A stretch of DNA of 7,897 nucleotides from Azolla caroliniana (Eukaryota > Plantae > Polypodiophyta). Below, piece by piece: positions 1 through 7,812 of the stretch. Each line of letters begins with the position of its first letter. The stretch's first letter is position 1. Location of the stretch: contig JBHGNT010001472.1 of NCBI GenBank assembly GCA_043228905.1, positions 1 through 7,897 of the forward strand, read 5' to 3'. Below the pieces are notes generated by a model that was not told the DNA's origin, searched no databases, and was given only the letters and a program-made list of their open reading frames with translations. The translations under genes and the position numbers were made by a program.

Positions 1-123
1 CCAAAACGCGAACCATGCCACTATACCAAATGACCTCATTAACAATATAACTATGTTCAAAATCATAAATTAATTACATTTTGACAACTGAACTCAAACT
101 CCTCTCATAGAGGTAGCTGAATT

Positions 124-179
124 GGGGCATTCAAAGAATTGAACTTGGGATCCTAAGCAAGAATCATGCCACTAGACCA
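124..179 (-). pseudogene. tRNA-Pro(AGG)-derived pseudogene with internal deletion
   Basis: The minus strand reads tggtctagtggcatgattcttgcttagg-atcccaagttcaattctttgaatgcccc. A-box-like and B-box-like (GTTCAATTC) segments remain. The 3' anticodon stem and variable loop are deleted and the 5' acceptor strand is lost. Confidence 0.7.
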
Positions 180-527
180 TTCAATGTTAAAATTCCTAAA
201 TTAGTCATGTTTTGATAACCTAACTAAAAGTCTTGTCGTCGAGGTTAGAAATGTGGGGCATTTTGAGAAGTGAACTCCGAACCTGTCACACTTAAAAAAA
301 ATCATGCCGCTATGTTCAAATTGAAATCATAAACCTATTGTTATGTTTTTACATCCAAACCCAAACGCCTCTCATTGAGATTAGTAAAGTTGGTTTGAAA
401 ACTGAAATCAAAGACCTATTGTTATGTTTTTACAACCAAACTCAACCACCTCTCGTCAAGGTTAGTAAAATTGGGACATTTTGAAAATTGAACCATGCCA
501 CTAGACCAAATGGCGTTTTAAATCTAT

Positions 528-582
528 GAACTCATGACCTGTCGCACCTAGAGCGATAATCATGCCGCTAGACAGAATGCCC
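528..582 (-). pseudogene. tRNA-Pro-derived pseudogene, 5' three-quarters
   Basis: The minus strand reads gggcattctgtctagcggcatgattatcgctctaggtgcgacaggtcatgagttc, colinear with plant tRNA-Pro. The anticodon loop is mutated and the 3' end is missing. Confidence 0.7.
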
Positions 583-1053
583 TCATTAACACTATATGTT
601 CAAAATCATAAATTATTCACATTTTGACAACTGAACTCAAATTCCTCTCATAGAGGTAACTTAAGTGGGGCATTCCAACAAGAATTGAACTTGGGACCTG
701 AAGTGAAAATCACACCGCTAGAAAAAATGCCCTTTCAATGTTAAAAGTGCTAAATTAGTCATGTTTTGATAACCTAACTAAAACGCCTGTCATCGAGGTT
801 AGAAAAGTGGGGCATTTTGAGAAGTGAATTCCGGGTCTGTCACACTGGAAGAAAGAAATCATCCCACTATGTTTAAATTCAAACTAGTCGTTTTTTAAAA
901 ACTGTAATAAAAAACCTATGGCTATATTTTTACAACCAAACTCAAACGCCTGTCGAAGAGGTTAGTAAAGTTGGTTTGAAAACTGAAATCAAAGACCTAT
1001 TGTTATTTTTTTACAAACAAACTCAACCACCTCTCCTCGAGGTTAGTAAAGTT

Positions 1054-1111
1054 GGGGCATTATTTTAGAATTGAACCCAAAGCGAGAATCATGCCACTAG
1101 ACCAAATAGCC
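1054..1111 (-). pseudogene. tRNA-Pro(TGG)-derived pseudogene with internal deletion
   Basis: The minus strand reads ggctatttggtctagtggcatgattctcgctttggg-ttcaattctaaaataatgcccc. The 5' half is near perfect up to the TGG anticodon, then jumps to the T-loop. Confidence 0.75.
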
Positions 1112-1266
1112 TTGTCACTCTATGAATCTGCTTTATTCATTCACAGATCTGAAATCAAACGCCTCTCATCGAGGTTAGGAACATAACAAGGGCATTTCCT
1201 CTAGCGGTTTTCTTCCGTAAGGGTATGCGCCGGAGAGGAACAGTTACTGGAGAAACCGGCTCGCCT

Positions 1267-1993
1267 CTACTCGTCACTCCCCGATTCTTTGACTGCTCCG
1301 AACCGATCGTCATTGTCGTCCTCGCTCCCTAGGTTCGGCTCATCCTTGTGCCGCTTCTTGAACGCCTTGATTCGCTTCTCGGCTACCGGTACTATTAATC
1401 ACGTCTCGTCCAGCTCCACAAGATGGTAGGTGCCATTGTCGTTCGCGCTTATTACGGTGTAGGGCCCGAACCACCTCCTTGCGAATTTGCACGTCGCCTT
1501 GTGCTGGTTGTCAAGGCTGTTGTCGTACACCAACACCTAGTCGCCTTCTTCGATCTTCTTTGGCCGCAACCGGTGTGTTCAGTCGAACCGGCCTTTGTTC
1601 CTCTCCCTCGCCGTTTGTAGCTTCGCCTTTGCCTGCTGCACATCCTCTGGTCTTCGCTCTAGCTATCGAATCCACGCCGCCAACAACTCTTCCTGGCTCA
1701 TCTCGTGCCTCCAATCTATCGCCGCCCACGAGGAAATTGTCCGTTCCACCGGCATGACCGGTTTCTGCCCATACATCAGCTCTGCCGGCATGTACCCAGC
1801 CACTGAACTATGCGTCGTCCGGTTTGCCCATAGTGAGTAAGGAAGGAGCCGTGGCCAATTCTTGACCTGTCCTCCGCATGCGGTACTAAAGCCTTCACGA
1901 TCCGCCCGTGTCCGCGTTCTACCTTTCCGTTCGCCTCCGAATTGTACACCGTAGTGAGAGAGAGCTTCACCCCTAACCTATCGAATAGCTCTT
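1267..1993 (-). mobile_element. Ty3/Gypsy LTR retrotransposon pol fragment: integrase C-terminal part, pseudogenised, no chromodomain
   Basis: Manual minus-strand translation: ELFDRLGVKLSLTTVYNSEANGKVERGHGRIVKAL (integrase core, NGxVER with catalytic E). After a frameshift at ~1883 it continues ACGGQVKNWPRLLPYSLWANRTTHSSVAGYMPAELMYGQKPVMP...KIEEGD*VLVYDNSLD...KFARRWFGPYTV...NGTYHLVELD (GPY/F module), then a short acidic tail to TAG at 1269-1267. It has several in-frame stops and visibly higher GC than the flanks. Confidence 0.9.
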
Positions 1994-2320
1994 AACACCA
2001 GGTCATTTGAAACAGGTAATATGCCACATTTTAAGAACACTACGTCGAAAAAAGGCACAAAACCACGATGTTTACAAAAAGACGTGACACATGCGTAAAG
2101 CGTTTCAAAAAATGTGGCAAAATATATTGAATTTCAACATGACTACCACTTTGAGACATAAGTAAAATGCCTAACAATATACATCGCCAAAATTACAAAA
2201 GAATGTACACCATGGCTACCAGCTATAATTATACATATTCATAATATAACATCTGAAAGTAATTTACAAAGTTTTAGATCATGTAGTAAAACGATCCCGA
2301 GCTTGAACCAAGTCAACATT

Positions 2321-4671
2321 TTAAGACATGTCTGATGGACTAGAAGAGCATTCTGACGTCTCATCCTCATCATCAATGGCAATCAATGCATTATCTTCGT
2401 CCAATTCCAAGCCAACATCTTTGTGGTTATGAGAATTGCTTCTGCTTAGTCTTTGTACATTGTTTGATACCATATTTAGGATTTTCTCCTTTATTATCTT
2501 GATGGTGGCCTGTCTTAGATGGCCTGATTTTGTTAATGAGAAGTCGTATACTAGTATGTCAATACAGTCTAGTGCGAGAGTAGTTGTGCTCGGTATATTC
2601 TTTCTTCTTCTCTTTCTGCTTGAACATCTAACATCCTTAACCATCTCTAAAGAATACTTTCCCGTAAATGCATCAGGTGAAGATGTCTGATACCAGTGGA
2701 CCACAATTGACTTTGTATTGCCTTCTTCATCCTTCACTAATTCAATAATTTTTGCAATCCAAAATGGATGGCCCAAGTTATCACCCCCAGCTAATGTTGC
2801 GACCAACATTCCAACTTGTAGTTCTTGCAAATTACCTTGCCATCTTGCCTCAACAATACGTGACTTTCTTGGTCCCACGTAAATATCTCTTTGTTGTGGT
2901 CGAACTAAATTATGAAGCTCTATATTATTCGATGGTTGATGATGAGTCGGAGATATCATTGATGGCGATATCAATAGAACTATTGGGTGCCACATTTTTA
3001 TGATCATCATATGGCATTTGTTGTGCACCATGCAATGGTGCATCTGGGATATGAAGTAGGAGCCTACAACCTTCTTGGGGCTCCCATTGTGTACTAAATG
3101 AGTATTGTTTGGCAAACAACACCGTCATCTTGAGGTGGGCCGAGGTTTGTTTTATGAGGAAGACATGGTTGAAACTTATATTATTAAGAGGTGCAAGCAT
3201 CCTACATTTAGTCCCATCACCATCCATGCAGAAACGTTTTAAGTCGTACACTTCATTCAAGTGATGTACTTCAGGCTTTGGTGTATATGCTTCACTTATC
3301 AATTTTGATAGCGTGGTAAGCGTGAAAGCATTACAACGAGCTAGTTTCTTTGAGAACCTACTAAACATTTGATCTATGTGATCATGGGTATGACCAACTA
3401 ATAAGAAGTTGACCTTTATCTTTTTAAATATGCCCCTCTCTACTAGCATGCTTAGATAACCGAAGACAATTGAGTTTTTATTCTCTCTTGCTGTGTTGTC
3501 TAGTTGCACGTATAGAATTGGCGGTATTATGCCTGACCATGATTGCAATACTCTGTGCTTGACGGTGACAATGAGATTAGGGTCGTTGTGGATATTAGGA
3601 TAAGTTAAGAATACTTGTGGCCTTATTGTTTGACAATATGTCAAACACCCTACTAGATGCATTTGCACGAGGCACTCATCTGCAATATCTTTTGAGAGTC
3701 GTTGGAAATGCGGCAAACAAGTCTTCTTTTGATCCATGCCATAAATAATCATGCACATATACTTTTCGGGAGATTAAAGTGCTTTTTGTCGGTGATGCAT
3801 AGCTTTAGAACGTTCCAATGCTTGACTTTCACGATGTTCTTTTAATAGGTTCTTGTAATTCCTTATCTCTACATCTAATTTTCCACCCTTGGCCATACTT
3901 TTTAAACTTGCACATATTGAGTAGACTCTCATTCGTACCTTTTGTGGGATAACCACATTGTTAAATTGTAACCTCCACAATCGATTAAAATGTCTATACT
4001 TTATGTAAGGTGCATCATCCAAAACCATTTCGATCGAACGGTACCCACGATCCCTTCAGAAGACGCTCTTGAACTCATTGCAGCCGCATATTTCCAATGC
4101 TATGAGCGATTTTAAAAGCGGCTTGACAACACTTAGTATATAGTCCAAGGAAATATTCAACCTGCGTAGAATTAGACCTTGCATTGTGATCCATTTTAAG
4201 TTGCATATGCGAAAGAAGAAATGTGTCCTGATCTTCCCCATTAAGCGACAAATATTTTTGTCGTGTTTCACGTAACCTCGACTTTCCATAAGTTGAAAGG
4301 CAGAGATTCGCACAACATGTTTTGTTCAAGTCGCAAAGAAGTTGACGATCAGAACATAAAAAATTAAATCTGTTTTCACTAACTTGTCGAGGAATTGTTT
4401 TAAGTGCAAGTGGTTTGCTAATACTACTGTTATCTATAGAAGTATCGTCCGCTTCTAAGCTTACATGAAGAGGGCCATCAACAAGATCAATTGAAAAAAG
4501 AGAATTCGAGCTACTAAGAGCCTCACTTTTCTGTTTTTGACGCGAGCCTTTCGAATGTATCTTGTAATCGTACTCTTCAATTGAGAAATACGAGTTGTTG
4601 GACGAAGAAAAGGCGGCAATAGAAAAAAAAGACGTTCTACTTGTAGAAGAAGACATTCTCAAAACTATCAA
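2321..4671 (-). pseudogene. DDD-type DNA transposase pseudogene (Sola1-like, tentative), split over four ORFs
   Basis: ORFs 4671-4075, 4028-3774, 3758-2925 and the 3' part of 3115-2321 join into one protein. It has an N-terminal Cys-rich region (CCANLC...YFLG...CCQAAFKIAHSIGNMRL), then HFNRLWRLQFNNVVIP...SIC and EHRESQALER. The RNase H-like core is MII[Y]GMDQ (~3743), LYVQLDNTARENKN (D at 3500-3498) and FLLVGHTHDHIDQMFS (D at 3374-3372). Lesions: TGA 4077-4075, frameshift or deletion ~4030, in-frame TAA 3776-3774, frameshift ~2930. Confidence 0.8.
2480..2900 (-). other. C-terminal beta-barrel-like (BAH/Tudor/SH3-like) region of the transposase
   Basis: LQVGMLVATLA...HPFWIAKIIEL...SIVVHWYQ...DILVYDFSLTKSGHLRQATIKII resembles the 'VG-x-V...F/YWIAKI...VxVxWY' pattern of BAH/Tudor-like barrels. 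It includes a basic NLS-like SRKRRRK and is followed by an acidic tail. Confidence 0.4.
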
Positions 4672-4679
4672 GACAAACC

Positions 4680-4960
4680 CTGTGGCACTACCATCAAAGG
4701 GCTATATACCGAACTCCTCTATAGAAAAGATTAAGGAATGTTGAATCTTTACTATATAACTATTAGAACTAGACATGAGTTATTGGTTACACTATAACAC
4801 TTTTTAGGAAGAGAAATTTCAAAAAAATTTAATTAAAAAAAAAAACATTTATATATACTGAAGTTTCAAATTTCATTTTCATTATCATGACAAAGAATCC
4901 ATCGAGCTCAGAGCACAGAATAATTTCAAGCACTCAGAAGCACTACCTCCACCAGGCATC
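4680..4960. promoter_or_regulatory. Putative bidirectional promoter region between the transposase and MTase genes
   Basis: Very AT-rich stretch between the divergent starts, with a poly-A run (~4834-4845), TATA-like tttatatata (~4848-4857) and ctataa motifs. Inferred from position only. Confidence 0.3.
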
Positions 4961-5135
4961 ATGAACAAGGGAAAGAAGATCGCCAGGTTACCAATATTCT
5001 TTACATTTTTTAAGATTCTAAAAGATTCCTTAAAGATTTCTTTTCACAATAAGCAATAATCCCCAAATATTTTGTTAAGGAAACACACCATCGAATTAAA
5101 ATGCACTTAAACTTCACTAGATGGTTAAGGAGAAT

Positions 5136-5480
5136 TCATGTTACAATCCTTAGCAGTGCATGGGATTGTGGTTGAAAGGAGTCCCATGCACAACATCGGA
5201 TTTTGGTGGAAGATAGCCCTCCTTTCAACCACAATCCCATGCACTGCTAAGGATTTTGGTGGAAGGTAGTGCCCTTCAACGAAAATTCGATGCAGTGCAT
5301 GGGATTGTGGTTGAAGGCCTTGATTCAACCACAATCAACCACAATCCCATGCACTGCTAAGGATTGTGACATGACTGCTCCCTCCTTTCAACGAAAATCC
5401 GATGTAGTGCAACAGATTTTTGTTGAAAGGCCATCCTTTCAACGAAATTCCAATGCACTGCATCGGATTTTCGTTAAAAA
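5136..5480. repeat. Array of about 7 imperfect ~46 bp palindromes with nested long inverted repeats
   Basis: Unit consensus is roughly CCTTTCAAC(G/C)A(A/C)AATCC(G/C)ATGCA(G/C)TGC..(C/G)GGATT(T/G)T(C/G)GTTGAAAGG, at ~5136-5179, 5182-5212 (partial), 5221-5266, 5272-5317, 5335-5374, 5384-5430 and 5435-5480. There is a perfect 37 bp inverted repeat at 5145-5181/5219-5255 and a 40 bp inverted repeat with one mismatch at 5136-5175/5335-5374. Confidence 0.9.
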
Positions 5481-7062
5481 AATAGGGTTTTGGAGATAGA
5501 AAATTTATGTCCCTCATCACAGTTTTCTCATCATTTTGATACTATTTTTAGTGTTTTGCATTTAATTGTTCTTTATTTTACTGCTTTCTCCATCGTTTTT
5601 GTTCAAATAGTATGGTCTTGTTCGTAATTAACCTAAATAGGATGTTGCCTTAATTTCAGTGACTCTCATCAAAAAGTTCCTTCGTTTAAACTAAAGATTC
5701 AAACTCCAACAAAGCGAGATTCTGACTCTTTTGTCAAAGATGTCTCTAGAAGGACTCTATTTGACTCAATGGGGGATGGAGCATCTAAGTCTGATGTTGC
5801 AACGACAAAAAATAACAAGGGTGGGGCCCATGAAGAGAAAACATTTGAACTTAAATATAAGAATTACCTAGAGTTAGAATGGTGTCTCTCTTATGTCGAG
5901 GAAGATGGGGTGTTGCTCTTAATAATAGCTAAGTCAGACGGTAAAGGCAAATTGGAGCTTGGAAAAACATTTAACTATGGAGATGTAACCAAGCTAGAAT
6001 ATGAAGATAGTGATTCTTCGAGTATTATAATCGATGTCTCGAGCTCTGTTGGCTCTAGACGATTGCGTCTTGACGAGGGAAACCTGGTAGTAGAATGTTG
6101 CAACCCCAAGTCATTACGTAAAGACATTCAAACGAAGAACAACTTATTAGTTGCACTGCGGCCATTTGTGACAGGAGAAACGATGAGCGGTGAAGCAAAA
6201 ACTCCACCAAAAAAGTCTAGAAAGACAAATCTGGTTCATAAGAAATACAACAAATGACCACGACCCGACGAAGATGATGAAGAGGTTTTAGAATTCGTGG
6301 AGGAAGAAGAAGAGCACCAAGTTGACATCGTGGCTCCGAGAGGTCAACTATCTTCCGGTGTATTGATGTCTGAACAAAATAAAATAAGAGAAAATATTGT
6401 TAAGACAAAACTTGTGTGTAAGGGGCAACTATTTCATTTGCCAATTACTTCAATCTAGAGGCCTCCAATTGATCCCTTGACTGGAAGACATCCCCTAGAA
6501 ATTAGAGAGCCGCACGTTGTCCATGTGCAAAGGCGACTTGGTAATCGAGGAGTTAGCAGAAGACATGAAACTTTTACCTTGGAGGTCATTACAGGGTATT
6601 AAAGATGATAGGCTATTAATATTGGTGCTATCTCGAGTTTTTGCCAAGGAATTTAGTTTGGACGAGATGGTTACTGAATTGCAAAATTAAGGGTTTATAG
6701 TATACAATGTTTCAGGATATTCTTCTATGATTATTGTTTTTTAATTTTTAAATTTCATATTTATTGTATAGTCACAAGGTATACATGAAGATTCAGGAGT
6801 TGATGATGCAAAAATTGAGTTTACCGACATGGGAAGAAGTGGAGCAACCCTGCCCAATAACTTCTTCCTACAAGGCATTGTGAGGAATATTTTATTGTGA
6901 GGTATGTGTCATTTGAATGTTAATACATTGAAAGGTAATGTTCTCTCCTAACAACATTGACACTTGCAAAAACCATCGAAATAAAAAAAGACCAACGACA
7001 ATAATGATGGTATTCCAGTTGCCTTTATCACACACTTAGAACATGCAAAGTATGAGAAGAGA

Positions 7063-7812
7063 ATGACCAAAGGGAAAGAGATGGAACTGCCTGAGGATTC
7101 GGAGATTGTGAAGAGTTTTTTGCATAGGTCTGATCCTCATAAACAGTTACATTATAGTGTATTTAATGGGGAAGTATCACAAATGCTCAATCTGTTACCG
7201 AGAAGGCACTACATTTTGCAGATAGCTGACATACCATATGGATTCCGAATTGCAGGATCAACATATGATGATGTGCCTTTCAAGTACCCCCAAATTGAGA
7301 AGATGGTAAAGGATTTTGCCAAACTGACATTGGCCCCCTTGTGGAGGATAATTATATTCCATAACATGGGGCAATCACTGTCAGTCACAACAACTCTGAA
7401 GTCACGTTGTCATGCCACTGAACACATGCATTGGTGTGTTACAATTTGTTTTTAATCATTATGATACTTGTTATTATATGTTGACATTCATACCTCTAAA
7501 ACATGATTTTATTTCTCTATAGGATTAAAACAAATATTACACGTAGCCCTGGCTATTGAATGGTTAGTGCGGTCGAAGATTTTTGTGTGGGTTACTATGA
7601 TTCAATAACAAAGAAGAAGGCTAGAGCACATGTCAATGAGCGTAACGTGGTAAATTATATCATGTGCCCAGTTGTCACAAAAACATTAAGGCATGTTTCA
7701 GGTGATAAGAGTATGGTGAATCCTTATCAAAAACCTCAAAGATTGATCAACCGCATCCTAGAGCTCTTCTCGAATCCAGATGATTGGGTCCTAGACTTGT
7801 TCTCTGGCACAT
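7063..7812 (+). pseudogene. DNA methyltransferase domain, N6_N4_Mtase (beta-class motif order)
   Basis: Catalytic motif IV-like LQIADIPYG (DIPY 7228-7239). Removing the GT-AG intron 7434-7522 restores HW-IKTN...*MVSAVEDFCVGY (WxKxN...E motif). Then VNPYQKPQRLINRILELFSNPDDW (HPxQKP-like, from 7719) and the SAM-binding motif I VLDLFSGT (7788-7811), followed by a probable intron donor at 7813. Motif IV before motif I is the beta-class order. Premature TGA at 7557-7559. Confidence 0.85.
7434..7522 (+). other. Spliceosomal intron in the MTase gene (89 bp, phase 2)
   Basis: tg|GTGTGT...ttttatttctctatAG|g. The intron is AT-rich with a pyrimidine tract. Splicing recreates TGG (Trp) and puts ORF 7063 in frame with ORF 7560. 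Confidence 0.8.

Larger units (their letters stand above)
1..1180 (-). repeat. Tandem array (satellite) of degenerate tRNA-Pro-derived monomers with a higher-order duplication
   Basis: The motif aaac(g)cctctc(a)tcgaggttag recurs about 9 times (near 100, 235, 367, 449, 643, 784, 948, 1030, 1161). It is usually followed by ggggcatt...gaattgaac...aatcatgccactagaccaaatgccc, the reverse complement of plant cytosolic tRNA-Pro (GGGCATTTGGTCTAGTGGYATGATTCTCGC...GTTCRATTC...AATGCCCC). Block ~17-520 is repeated at ~564-1110 (gttcaaaatcataaatt at 56/598; tcaatgttaaaa at 181/735). Confidence 0.85.
5660..7812 (+). pseudogene. Multi-exon pseudogene: N-terminal unknown region, acidic linker, ParB-like remnant (tentative), then beta-class N6-adenine/N4-cytosine DNA methyltransferase; continues beyond the window
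   Basis: The frame is open from acceptor tttcag (5659) through ORF 5769-6257 and reads on past TGA 6255 and TAG 6456 (FHLPITSI*RPPIDPLTGRHPLEIREPHVVHVQ). It shifts frame at ~6531 (MKLLPWRSLQGIKDDRLLILVLSRVFAKEFSLDEMVTELQ) and has an exon from 6772 (HKVYMKIQELMMQKLSLPTWEEV) before the MTase exons. The joining of the upstream exons to the MTase is inferred. Confidence 0.65.

Noticed and set aside
1-1111. Functional tRNA-Pro genes
   Set aside because: No copy retains a complete cloverleaf; all have deletions or stem mismatches.
1423-1840. Five short overlapping ORFs as genes
   Set aside because: They are alternative or antisense frames of the GC-rich Gypsy integrase, whose true frame is broken by stops.
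1971-1979. Telomeric repeat (ccctaa)
   Set aside because: It is a single hexamer inside integrase coding sequence, not a tandem array.
2436-4313. ORFs 2436-2690(+), 2752-3003(+) and 4056-4313(-)
   Set aside because: They are shadow frames of the transposase pseudogene with no recognisable motifs.
5136-5480. CRISPR array
   Set aside because: The palindromic units are nearly adjacent, variable and in mixed orientation, without unique 25-45 bp spacers. There are no cas genes and the context is eukaryotic.
5125-5520. ORFs 5125-5334(-), 5269-5499(+) and 5335-5520(-) as proteins
   Set aside because: They are by-products of the palindromic array; the same peptide STTIPCTAKD appears on both strands.
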